Shown here in pieces: positions 41,135 to 50,679 of a stretch of 64,000 nucleotides of DNA. The DNA is taken from assembly GCA_963662285.2 (NCBI GenBank), contig CAXXMV010000006.1, positions 704,001 to 768,000 of the forward strand, given 5' to 3'. Source of the stretch: a bacterium (GTDB lineage: Bacteria; Hinthialibacterota; Hinthialibacteria; Hinthialibacterales; Hinthialibacteraceae). Both the position numbers and the translations under genes were made by a program. The notes beneath the pieces are model-generated. The model was given only the letters and a program-made list of their open reading frames with translations. It ran no database searches and was not told where the DNA came from. Each line of letters opens with the position of its first letter. Positions within the stretch are counted from its first letter, which is position 1.

Positions 41135-42298
41135 TTATCTTAAATCATCCCAAACGGGGATTTTTAATGTCATTATGTCATAATTGCCGAATTTGCCGGA
41201 TGCGAACAGAATCCTGCCGCCATTGGGGCTGATCGATTGATGAGCGTGTACTTTATCATTGGGGCGGTTTCCCTGACAGAGCAGGCGTGTTTCTCCAGTT
41301 GCGATATCGACCAGAATCAGCTCGCCTTTGAAGGTATCCACCACGCCATAGCGCTGATCTGGCGTTCCCGCGACATGCCAGTTGGGGCCTTCATAATGCA
41401 TCATGGGCGTGCGGTCGGGGTAGCGCACCGATGCGATGCCGAACGGTTTATCGCCCATCTTCTTGTTCTCTTGGGAAAGATTAAAGAGAACGCGATCCAT
41501 GCCCCACCAGACTTCATGCGTGACCCATTCATCTTTGCTTTCCAGATAAAGCGGCTGATTGCCTGAGCCGTCAGAACGGCACACCCATATCCGGTAGGGA
41601 GCGTCGCCTCCGGTTTCATGACAGTACATAATTAATCCGGGGATAACCGGATTGGCCTGGATATGTCCGGGCATGAAGGAGGGCTTTAGAAAACGGGTCC
41701 ACTCTCCAGATTCAAGGTTGAACTTGACCAGCATATATTCATCAGTGTTTTTATCGCGTATGCATTGATATAACCACTGGCCGTCCGCATCCAGGGTATG
41801 TTTGTCACGTAGTTCGAAATGCTCCGGCAATACTCCACAGATTGTTTCATAAGCAGATGCAGTCTTGAGGCTATCCTGAGCGCTGTCTGCAAGAATCCGT
41901 CCGGCATCGATTCGTTTGACCTTGCTGTCTTGAATGATAATCAGGTGATTCCTGCGCCGATCCAGGCAGGCGAAACTGATTGGCGATCCATCAGTCAGTT
42001 GGGTGATGACGCCGCTCGCTTCATTGACCGCGAAGAGTTGCGTTTCGCCGGAGCGGTCAGAGTTGAAGATAATATGCTCACCATCCGCTAACCAGTTGGG
42101 GTGGGTTTGATAGAGTTTATCGTCTTTGCTTTTCGAGGTGGTCAGAGCGGTGATTTGCAGTCCGCTTTTCTCATCGGTAAAGGTCTTCTTCTCGCTGGGA
42201 AACTGTTTACCCACATTCGAGGCTGATGCATGCATCGCGGCGCTAACAACTAGAGCAATTATTAAAGATGAAAAAACTATTTGCTTGAAAAGAGGCAT
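41135..42298 (-). CDS. Oligogalacturonate lyase-family beta-propeller protein
   Basis: LYQTHPNW, FNSDRSG, GHIQANP..MYCHETG, VTHEVWW and HAHQSISPNG; signal peptide. Confidence 0.8.
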   Translation of the reverse strand: MPLFKQIVFSSLIIALVVSAAMHASASNVGKQFPSEKKTFTDEKSGLQITALTTSKSKDDKLYQTHPNWLADGEHIIFNSDRSGETQLFAVNEASGVITQLTDGSPISFACLDRRRNHLIIIQDSKVKRIDAGRILADSAQDSLKTASAYETICGVLPEHFELRDKHTLDADGQWLYQCIRDKNTDEYMLVKFNLESGEWTRFLKPSFMPGHIQANPVIPGLIMYCHETGGDAPYRIWVCRSDGSGNQPLYLESKDEWVTHEVWWGMDRVLFNLSQENKKMGDKPFGIASVRYPDRTPMMHYEGPNWHVAGTPDQRYGVVDTFKGELILVDIATGETRLLCQGNRPNDKVHAHQSISPNGGRILFASGKFGNYDIMTLKIPVWDDLR

Positions 42299-42469
42299 GG
42301 GATTCTCCTGGATAGTAAAGGTTAATCAAATATTATCAAAATAATCTAAATTTCGCTATATGTCCGGGTAATCATGTAAGACGATAATAATCTTTAACTC
42401 AACCTAGGAAAGATGCTTCAGTTTTGCTATAAATGATGCAAATAAAATCCTGCGAAGGAGATATATATA

Positions 42470-44344
42470 ATGCGTTCAACTCTAATTGGTTTGATATTAC
42501 TGATTGTTGCTGTAGCGAATTTGGAAGCGCGAGAAGCGAAAAAGTATGACGCTGAAACGTTTTATGATACCACTTCGATAAGCGGCGCGTCGTTCTCGCA
42601 TGACGAAACCCGTCTGTTAATCACCACTGATAAGAGCGGGGTATTTAATGTTTATGAGCAAGCCATCGAAGGTGGGAAACCGAAGATGCTGACCGAATCG
42701 ACTACCGATTCAATCATTGGGCGCGGTTGGTTTCCCGATGATGACCGTTTCCTTTATAGCGCCGATCAGGGCGGCAACGAACTTAACCATATATATGTGC
42801 GTTATCCCGATGGAGGCGTTAAAGACCTTACGCCGGGCGAGAAATTGAAGGCTGCTTTCGCCGGTTGGTCTGGAGATGATACAAAATTCTATATTCAAAC
42901 CAACGAGCGCGACCAACAAGCGTTTGATATATATGAATATGATGGAGAAACCTTCGAGCGCAAGATGATTTTTCAGAATCCCGGAGGTTTTTATCCCGGC
43001 GCTATAAGCCGGGACGGGCGCTGGATGGCTTTGGCTAAGATTATAAGTAATGCCAATGATGATATTTTTCTTTTTGATATCATGCATCCTGATAAAGAGT
43101 TGAAACTGGTTACTCCGCATGAGGGGGATATCAGCTATGGAATTCAGCAATTCACTCCTGATAATAAAGAATTATATTATACCAGCAATGAGGCAAGCGA
43201 GTTCGAGCGGTTGTGGTCTTACAACATGAAGACTGGTAAGAAGAAACTGATCCTGGAATCTGAATGGGATATTTCTTATTGTGATTTTTCCAAAAACGCC
43301 CGTTACCGGATAACATCAGTAAATGCGGATGCGCGTACTCAAATCTCCATTTATGATCTTAAGATCATAAAGTATGTTGAATTGCCGGACATCCCCGATG
43401 GAGATATCACTGGCCTAAACATATCACCCAGCGGCAAGTACCTGGCCTTTTACATCAATAGCGACGTCGCGCCCTCGAATCTTTACATCCTTTATTTACA
43501 GTCCGGCGGGCCTTATCGCTGTTTGACTTCATCGCTCAGCCCCAAAATTGATGTGCTGGATTTGGTAGAGTCTGAGGTGATTCGATATTCCAGCAACGAT
43601 GGTTTTAAAATCCCGGCCTTGCTCTATAAACCTCAGCAGGCTTCGCAGGGCAAGGTTCCCGCTTTGGTATTTGTTCATGGCGGACCAGGCGGTCAAACCC
43701 GCGTCGGTTATAACGCACTACGTCAGTTTCTGGTTAACCAGGGTTATGCTGTGCTGGCCGTCAATAATCGCGGCAGTTCTGGATATGGCAAGACCTTCTT
43801 CCACATGGACGACAAGAAACACGGCGATGTTGATCTGAAGGATTGCGTATATGGGCGTAAATATCTGGAAGGGCTGGATTGGGTTGATGGTGAACGCATC
43901 GGTATTATCGGAGGAAGCTATGGCGGATACATGGTCGCGGCGGCTTTGGCTTTCGAGCCTGAGGCATTCAATCTGGGGATCAATATCTTTGGCGTGACCA
44001 ACTGGGTGCGCACTCTCAAGAACATTCCTCCCTGGTGGGCGGCGGCGCGTGATTCTCTCTATGCCGAATTGGGCGATCCTGCGACTGATGAAGAACGGTT
44101 GCGCAAAATATCACCGCTGTTCCATGCCAGTAACATTGTTAAGCCGTTGCTGGTAGTGCAGGGTAAGAATGATCCGCGCGTACTGAAAATAGAGAGCGAC
44201 GAGATCGTTGAAGCGGTAAAGAAGAACGATGTTCCGGTTGAGTATGTCGTCTTTGATGATGAAGGCCATGGTTTCAGGAAGAAAGCCAACCGCATCACCG
44301 CCGCCAAAGCATACGCCAAATTTCTGGAGCGTTATTTGAAATAA
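42470..44344 (+). CDS. S9-family peptidase (acylaminoacyl/dipeptidyl peptidase)
   Basis: VHGGPG, NNRGSSGYG, GGSYGGY, QGKNDPRV and DEGHGF catalytic motifs. Confidence 0.95.
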   Translation: MRSTLIGLILLIVAVANLEAREAKKYDAETFYDTTSISGASFSHDETRLLITTDKSGVFNVYEQAIEGGKPKMLTESTTDSIIGRGWFPDDDRFLYSADQGGNELNHIYVRYPDGGVKDLTPGEKLKAAFAGWSGDDTKFYIQTNERDQQAFDIYEYDGETFERKMIFQNPGGFYPGAISRDGRWMALAKIISNANDDIFLFDIMHPDKELKLVTPHEGDISYGIQQFTPDNKELYYTSNEASEFERLWSYNMKTGKKKLILESEWDISYCDFSKNARYRITSVNADARTQISIYDLKIIKYVELPDIPDGDITGLNISPSGKYLAFYINSDVAPSNLYILYLQSGGPYRCLTSSLSPKIDVLDLVESEVIRYSSNDGFKIPALLYKPQQASQGKVPALVFVHGGPGGQTRVGYNALRQFLVNQGYAVLAVNNRGSSGYGKTFFHMDDKKHGDVDLKDCVYGRKYLEGLDWVDGERIGIIGGSYGGYMVAAALAFEPEAFNLGINIFGVTNWVRTLKNIPPWWAAARDSLYAELGDPATDEERLRKISPLFHASNIVKPLLVVQGKNDPRVLKIESDEIVEAVKKNDVPVEYVVFDDEGHGFRKKANRITAAKAYAKFLERYLK

Positions 44345-44534
44345 AAAAAATAATGCAATACGTCTATAATGGGTCGGGGCTTTCATTGGAATGCTCCGAT
44401 CCATTTTTGTTTGGAGAATTAGTATAAACCGTAAAAAGTCTATCGATAATGTTTCTGGTAATGGCAGTCGCCTCTACGGTCTTTGCGGATGAACTGCGCG
44501 TTATCAAGCGCACGCTCACCCTTCTCCCAATATT

Positions 44535-44584
44535 GGGTGGTTTGATCAAGGGCTGACCGCAATGCGGTCTTGCCCTTGCCACCC
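44535..44584 (+). repeat. REP family A copy 5
   Basis: GGGTGGTTTGATCAAGGGCTGACCGCAATGCGGTCTTGCCCTTGCCACCC. Confidence 0.85.
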
Positions 44585-44643
44585 ATCGGATGGCTTGTCG
44601 GGTGGATTTGTTAAATAATAAGTTTTGCTTATTATTTAATCAA

Positions 44644-46238
44644 TTACCATCCTGCAAATGGATTACCAAAATAACTGAGGAAGAAAAGGGCGAGCAAGTA
44701 AACACATATAATTGATTGTGTTCCTGATATCATACGTGTATAAACGTCATGTTCTTCAATTGTACCTTCCCAAGGAGGTAGTTTTCTTAACCATCTGCCG
44801 ATATTTATATCTCTGAATCCAATATCGAAGGTACATAGGAAACTAAAGTAAAAGCATTTTAAAAGTGTCATTATGATATGACAAGGATATTTACATTTTT
44901 TTTTTTTTTTGTGAAATACATTGTTTCATCTGATTTTAATGTGAATGATAGAGGTATTAAAATTTCTTTTCCATCTTTATTTATTTTATTTACTAATACA
45001 GTTTTAGAGCAAAATAATGTTCGAATTGTATAAATTATGCTGAAAAATAAATATATATATAGAATTATAATTAGTGGTTTTAATGGATTTGATCCATATT
45101 CACATGTATAATCGAATAAACCCCATTCAATCCATCCCCAAAAACCAGGGTTTTCCTTTTCTCTTTTTTGTCGTTTGAAAGATGTTGTAATTAATTTTGA
45201 TTGGTCATAATATCCTTCATCATATAAACTCTGCCCTAATTTTACTAGTTTAGATGGATCAGAGTTATATCTTAATTTCCCAAGTCCGTTTGAAAAGGCA
45301 ATATTATAAGGTTTTGGATTTGTTTTTGGCTCATAAATTACATCATCTAGGGTTGCATCCTTAAAAGTAGCATTACTCAAATCAGCTTGACTGAAGTTCG
45401 AAAATGATAGGTCGCAGTTATTAAATGATACATTTATTAATTTTATGTCCGAGAATATTGCATTATTTACAGAAGAATTATAAAAATCAATATTCTCTAG
45501 TTCAGCTTTTGTGAAATCTGTATTAATAAATTTTGATGATATGAAATCTATATTTATAAGTTTTTTGCCGACTAAGTTTAGGTTATAAAAACCATCATTA
45601 ATGAATGTCCACTTCTCATTATTACCATGAATAACAAAGTCGATATTGTCAAAAGAAGATTTATTAATGATGAAATCTAAATGTTTTTTTACGTTAAATT
45701 TTGTCGATAAAAATTTAACTTCTGAAAATGTTGCACTTCTAACATCAGCTCCATCCAAGTTAGTATATTCAAAAGAAATGTTTGTAAAGTAGCCCTTTCT
45801 TAAATTAGAATCTGAAAGATTTGCGCCAACGAATGTTGCATTATTAATAGTGGAACCGTGTAACTTAATACCTTTCATATTTGCATGGCTGAGATTGATT
45901 CCTTCTAGAAAAGCACTATATAGAATTGCTTTTGAAAGGTTTGTACACATTGGATGTTTCTTTAATTCCAATTTTTTGCTTTCATTGGCTTTTTCATAAG
46001 AAGCCAACCATATCTCATGATCTGCAATTATTTGCTTCAACTCAGCGAAACTTTTTTCTTGAAAATCTTTATCTAGCCAAATCCATGTAGTCGGACTTTT
46101 TATTTTTTCATGATATAAAGACATTGATTGAGATTGTCCGTTTTTGTCTGTATATTTTCCCTTACTCTCAGCAGATAATAGGTGTGCTTGAAGAAGGAAA
46201 GAATGTATTAAGCAGCAAAATATAATATTCTTGAACAT
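44644..46238 (-). CDS. Pentapeptide-repeat membrane protein with ion-channel-like C-terminus, split at an A15 tract
   Basis: Pentapeptide repeats (ANLSD/SNLRK/TNLDG/ADVRS/ADLSN), CEYGSNP and a TM. The second ORF 44644-44871 (YFSFLCTFDIGFRD..YLLALFFLSYFG) joins in frame if the A15 run at 44896-44910 were A16 or A13. Confidence 0.8.
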
Positions 46239-46356
46239 TATGATTCCTTCAATTTATAATATATGAAATATGTAGATTATAGATTAGCATGAAATTGGGA
46301 GAAAATGAATCTAGAATTTCAACCATATATTATATTACCCAATAAGTACGCATCCC

Positions 46357-47073
46357 TCACCCGGCGGCTTCTCTGGCCAGCAGTACTTGCAGCATGATGC
46401 TTTGTTCTGCTATTTCTGCGGTTGTTATTGCTACGTATTGAGTGTGGTAGTACTCCATGTTGCCGAAGATTTTTTCTGGATTCAGGTCGAGGGTTTTTTC
46501 TAGAAATTGTTGGTATTGGTCGGGGATGGTGGAGTAGGGGATCAGTTTGTCGCAGGCGAAGAAGAAGGCCAGGGCGATTCCTGAGGCTACGTTAATGGCG
46601 GCCACTGCAGCTGCGATTACGGCAATGCGGAAGGGGTATGGAACTTTCTTGATGAGGTCGGCCAGGAACATGATGAGGATGACGAATTCCAATATCTCAG
46701 GCGATTCGAGGAAATGTTCTGCAATGGTTTCAGTGCGTATTCCTTCGAATTGCACTATCTCATGAGTGAAGGTTAATTCCAGGTCTTTGAAATCAATTTG
46801 AATTTTGCTATTCCGTGAATTGATGAGGTTGGGCTGTACTATATAGTTGACCTCTTCTGCTCCGGCGCCGCTTGCAGCACTGATGAGGGTTATCCATTCA
46901 TCTTGCGCTTTGGCAGTCCATCCGCAACCATCTGGAGCAAAGATTTGGAGGCTGCCTGGTCCACCTTGGAAGCAGTAGGTCCAGCGGGATGGTACGACTT
47001 GTATACTTCGCGCAACGCTTTCGGCGTTTTGTAGAGTGAATCGCCTGATAGACTGCTTATTTCTGTTTGGCAT
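46357..47073 (-). CDS. BACON-like domain plus hydrophobic helices (3' part of a probable split gene)
   Basis: GGPGSLQIFAPDGCGWTAKAQDEWITLISAASGAGAEEVNYIVQPN..RNSKIQI fits the BACON pattern. Hydrophobic segments ILEFVILIMFLA and IAVIAAAVAAINVASGIALAFFFA. Confidence 0.7.
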   Translation of the reverse strand: MPNRNKQSIRRFTLQNAESVARSIQVVPSRWTYCFQGGPGSLQIFAPDGCGWTAKAQDEWITLISAASGAGAEEVNYIVQPNLINSRNSKIQIDFKDLELTFTHEIVQFEGIRTETIAEHFLESPEILEFVILIMFLADLIKKVPYPFRIAVIAAAVAAINVASGIALAFFFACDKLIPYSTIPDQYQQFLEKTLDLNPEKIFGNMEYYHTQYVAITTAEIAEQSIMLQVLLAREAAG

Positions 47074-47432
47074 TTTTCCCAGATGTCTTCCACCCTTTGA
47101 CAGGCTGCCTTGTTTTCCTGATTGGTAGTGTTCTCGATTACTTCCCAGGTCAGCAGTTCTTTCACATAAGCGGCCACTCCTTCGGTGATCCCTGCGATAG
47201 ATAACGCGATCAACGCAGGGACCAGTTCGGGCAGGTTTTGTTTGAGAATTGTGTATGTCAGTTGATAAGCGGCTTGAGCCTGGGCGGTGGTTAAGGCCGC
47301 CGCCGCTTCGGCTGCGGCGCTGCTGGTTGCGGCCGCTGCTTCAGCTTCCGCAACTCCCATAGCCGCCGCCGCTTGGGCCGTAGCCACTGCTTGAGCCGCG
47401 GCCTGCCGGGCCATTGCCACTGCATCAACCAT
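46890..47432 (-). CDS. Ala-rich helical protein (5' part of a probable split gene)
   Basis: About 55-aa Ala/Gln-rich helix, then LVPALIALSIAGITEGVAAY. Overlaps the next ORF by 184 nt in a different frame. Confidence 0.6.
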   Translation of the reverse strand: MVDAVAMARQAAAQAVATAQAAAAMGVAEAEAAAATSSAAAEAAAALTTAQAQAAYQLTYTILKQNLPELVPALIALSIAGITEGVAAYVKELLTWEVIENTTNQENKAACQRVEDIWEKCQTEISSLSGDSLYKTPKALREVYKSYHPAGPTASKVDQAASKSLLQMVADGLPKRKMNG

Positions 47433-47505
47433 GGCGATTTATCTTTCTAGAGCGATTCTATAATATAGCCATTGAATAACTTATGATCGATAGTAGTTCT
47501 ATGCA

Positions 47506-48822
47506 TTATGTCAGAGTATTGATTGGCGCCAGCGATTGATCAACTTCGGTCTCTGTCAGGAATATGGCGATATTACTTGGGTATGCAGATATGTTTATGA
47601 ATTTATCATCAAACGATTTTCCCCATCCAAGACATATATATATCTGTTTGTTAGTAGAATCATAACCATAGCAAACCACCGAGTGGCCGACTTTTCCATC
47701 ACTGCTTTTGATGTTGACAACAGGTTGGTCGCCTGAATTGACATTGGATTGATTCTTGGCGTCATAAGATTCAAGAAGAGCGTCCCATTGACCTGTACCG
47801 CCAAAAATATAGGGTTGTGAGGCGTCAGTTATTTTTTGAGAATATGCAAAGTCGATGTTTTCTTTCTTGCCCCAGTTCCATGAGAGTCCCCATTCGCTTT
47901 TGAAATATGGACCTGATTTCAGGTAATTGGATCGAGTAGTATTTCCGTTGCAGGTTGTACCCATTAATGTGTGATAATCCCAGATTGTATCGGATACGAC
48001 CTGGCACTTGCTGGGATTGGTAGTTGAAGGCCAATCGATATTCCAACAATTGGAGTCAGGCCAGATCTTTTTATCGGCGTCTTTATAGCCGCTCCGTTTC
48101 CAAGCGCTGGAGAGCATAGCCCATGCGACTGGGGTGCAACCAGCGATGCAATTCGGCGCACAGTAATGACCACTCGATGAATCGAGAGATATCATGCATT
48201 CATCCGCAGAATATTTGTCACAGTTCTGTTGGTATTTAACCGGTTGACGTTTGGTAAGGATTTTTTTGGTCGAGCCGGTTGCATCAGAAGAAAGTTGCTG
48301 TAGAGCGTTCCATTCATCATCAACCATTTGCTGAGACCATATATTGGCGGCATTACGTTGTATCTTAAAATCAGGTGGAAGAAGAGTGACTTCGAGTGAA
48401 GGTAGGCGGACGAAAATGCAATTTTGATTTTGTTGCGATTCTATTTTCGCAACTATTTCAATGGGACTAATATAGTACAAGGTCAGAGATTTTGGGAAAA
48501 TGCCTGATTCAGCAAGCAGAGCTGACAAGTATTTATATACCTGAGCTGAAAAAGGGGATGCCGTAATTGAATATTCGAATATGGCTGGAAAATTCTTGTT
48601 GCCCGATGCGAGCACATAGCCCATATTTTTATCACCGGATTTCATAGAGAACTCGTGTATGGGCGTATCATCATCCCACCAGAATATCCCGGTGCATACA
48701 TCGATGGATTCAGGAATGTTATCCAGTAAAATGTTGGGCGTGTTTTCAGCAATAGTTCTTTCACGTTTTAGGAATAGTTCAGCATTTTGTCTGGCTTGAA
48801 TATAATTAGTTTTATTGCTCAT
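47506..48822 (-). CDS. C10 (streptopain/SpeB-like) cysteine protease zymogen without signal peptide
   Basis: Prodomain GYVLASGNKNFPAIFEYS (cf. SpeB GFVIVSGD..ILGYS). Catalytic AGCTPVAWAM, GHSVVCYGYD and YICLGWG (cf. HVNWGWG). Confidence 0.82.
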   Translation of the reverse strand: MSNKTNYIQARQNAELFLKRERTIAENTPNILLDNIPESIDVCTGIFWWDDDTPIHEFSMKSGDKNMGYVLASGNKNFPAIFEYSITASPFSAQVYKYLSALLAESGIFPKSLTLYYISPIEIVAKIESQQNQNCIFVRLPSLEVTLLPPDFKIQRNAANIWSQQMVDDEWNALQQLSSDATGSTKKILTKRQPVKYQQNCDKYSADECMISLDSSSGHYCAPNCIAGCTPVAWAMLSSAWKRSGYKDADKKIWPDSNCWNIDWPSTTNPSKCQVVSDTIWDYHTLMGTTCNGNTTRSNYLKSGPYFKSEWGLSWNWGKKENIDFAYSQKITDASQPYIFGGTGQWDALLESYDAKNQSNVNSGDQPVVNIKSSDGKVGHSVVCYGYDSTNKQIYICLGWGKSFDDKFINISAYPSNIAIFLTETEVDQSLAPINTLT

Positions 48823-48932
48823 GATTAAGATTCCTTTCGATATCTTTTTTTAACGCCTAATTGAACATTGTGCCGGTTATCAACAAAACAGAAGTTTAAG
48901 GTTATATTTCTGTGATAGAGTAGAATACAGGA

Positions 48933-49241
48933 TCATGTTACGGACATGTTGCTCATGCCAAGTTGCCGGTTGATCCACACCAGGCATCCGTCGAGTGATG
49001 TCGGGCCGAAAACCGGAATCCATCCGTCATGATGATTGATGCCCCGGATGATAGTGATATCTCCGGTCTCTTCATTTTTTAGAATCCAGTAATTGTTCCT
49101 GCTATGATCGACGATCCATCGCAGGCAATTATCGAGAGAGTTGGGTCCATATAGGTTTTTGAAGCCTTCGACGCTCTCGACATTGCGCATAACCATGCAT
49201 ACGCCGATTTCGATATGAATGAATACAAAAAAGTCAGTCAT
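48933..49241 (-). CDS. Protein of two tandem ~45-aa repeats resembling MbtH-like domains
   Basis: Repeats end GFKNLYGPNSLDNCLRWI and GWIPVFGPTSLDGCLVWI. AAGGA precedes ATG 49241. Confidence 0.75.
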   Translation of the reverse strand: MTDFFVFIHIEIGVCMVMRNVESVEGFKNLYGPNSLDNCLRWIVDHSRNNYWILKNEETGDITIIRGINHHDGWIPVFGPTSLDGCLVWINRQLGMSNMSVT

Positions 49242-49333
49242 GTTTCTTGTCCTTAAATTCCCTGGCAAACAATGGGGAATTTGATGGTTTTATGAAGTGA
49301 GAATTGTTGCATATAACTAGGAATAACCCTAAA

Positions 49334-49975
49334 TCAACTGGCCGATAAGATGCTTACAATAGCATTCTCCCCTTCATTTTTTTGAATCCATTCCAGGCAT
49401 TTTTCCAGACTATCCGGTCCATAAGTTGATTGCCAGTCTTTAATTACATCAACGCCCTGGATGACGATCATTTCACTATTCCCATTATTTGCGCCAGATA
49501 GGCCGTCCTCTTTCTTCTCATCTTTCTTGAACACGCGATAATTTTTATGGTTGTGTTGCTCAATCAGAATTTTGCAGTTATAAAGAGAATCCGGCCCATA
49601 GACAAAGATAAAGCCCGGAGAAGAGTCGATGTTTTTTGAGATAAGGAGAACGCCGCTTTTAATATTTTTGAGAATGTAATAATCATCTTCCTCTATCGGC
49701 TCCCGGTTATTATTCATCCAGGCATTGCAATTGGCGAATGTCTCTGGTCCATATTCACATATCCAACCGTCATCTTTTTCCATACCGCGCATAACCATGC
49801 GGTTGCCCAGCGAAAGGTTTTTGAAAACGCTGTAAATTTTGGGATCGCTTTGCTCCGACTCTAAATGAGTCAGGACTCTGGCGGCAATACTCTTGAGAAA
49901 TTCGGCGTTGTCCTGGATATTGCCTTTATCCTTCAGCATTGCGCAGATTTCGTCGCATAAGTTATTTTTATCCAT
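49334..49975 (-). CDS. Protein with N-terminal helix and three tandem MbtH-like repeats
   Basis: Repeats end GWICEYGPETFANCNAWM, GFIFVYGPDSLYNCKILI and DWQSTYGPDSLEKCLEWI. GAGG RBS. Confidence 0.75.
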   Translation of the reverse strand: MDKNNLCDEICAMLKDKGNIQDNAEFLKSIAARVLTHLESEQSDPKIYSVFKNLSLGNRMVMRGMEKDDGWICEYGPETFANCNAWMNNNREPIEEDDYYILKNIKSGVLLISKNIDSSPGFIFVYGPDSLYNCKILIEQHNHKNYRVFKKDEKKEDGLSGANNGNSEMIVIQGVDVIKDWQSTYGPDSLEKCLEWIQKNEGENAIVSILSAS

Positions 49976-50092
49976 TTTTCTGCGCCTCTACAAATGATTT
50001 ATCTAGACGAACAAGAGAAGACAGATTGCGCTGGTTTAAGGCGCATTTGTCTTCTCTTGAAGGAATAATTAACCATAGGATACTATTGGTAA

Positions 50093-50635
50093 TTATTGTT
50101 CCTTATCGTCTATTACAATTGAATCTTCTTTTACGTCCGCAACGATTTCGTGATCCTCCTCAACTTTAAAAAAGAAACTCACCGGCGCCTCGGCATATAT
50201 TTTTCCATGAAGCGGATATGGGATTTTCTGAAGATCCTCTGCTGGTGTTTCATTACTTGGGGGCGTGGAGAATCCTTTAATAATGGCTTTGAGGTCGGCA
50301 ATAACTTCTGCAAGCGTATTGCCGGTTAAGATTTCCATAGAAGATTTTGATTCCAACGCTCCCAAAGTGGATAGAAGGTTCACCTGTTTGCCGGTTACAG
50401 CTTGTCCGACTTGGTTCATGGCTTGTTGATTGGCAACAGCATTCTGCTGAGAAAGATTGTTGTTGGCGGCATTGTCTGAATAGGCCAGGTTGGATAGCAT
50501 GGCCGGTTGTTCAGCAATGCTCGCCAAACTGGAGATTGCCGTAGATTCAATTATCTCATCTGGAATAACGTTTCCAGGATCCGGATCAGGATTTTTCACT
50601 TTTTCATCTTTAATGTCTACTTCCGGAGCAACCAT
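50093..50635 (-). CDS. RebB-like R-body protein with N- and C-terminal extensions
   Basis: IAEQPAMLSNLAYS..NLSQQNAVANQQAMNQVG..LESKSSMEILTGN; AAGGAG RBS. Confidence 0.85.
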   Translation of the reverse strand: MVAPEVDIKDEKVKNPDPDPGNVIPDEIIESTAISSLASIAEQPAMLSNLAYSDNAANNNLSQQNAVANQQAMNQVGQAVTGKQVNLLSTLGALESKSSMEILTGNTLAEVIADLKAIIKGFSTPPSNETPAEDLQKIPYPLHGKIYAEAPVSFFFKVEEDHEIVADVKEDSIVIDDKEQ

Positions 50636-50679
50636 GGCCCTGCTCTCCTTTTAAGCATGATTGATGATCAACTGGTTTT

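Noticed and set aside
642-44584. Palindromic repeats as a possible CRISPR array
   Set aside because: Copies are dispersed kilobases apart without regular spacers, and no cas genes are present.
47068-47080. TGG GAA AAA as a canonical -1 slippery heptamer
   Set aside because: In the upstream frame it reads G GAA AAA, not X XXY YYZ, so programmed frameshifting is not claimed.
48861-48880. Possible sigma54 promoter (CGGCAC-N5-TCAA on the minus strand) upstream of the C10 protease
   Set aside because: The conserved -12 GC is missing.
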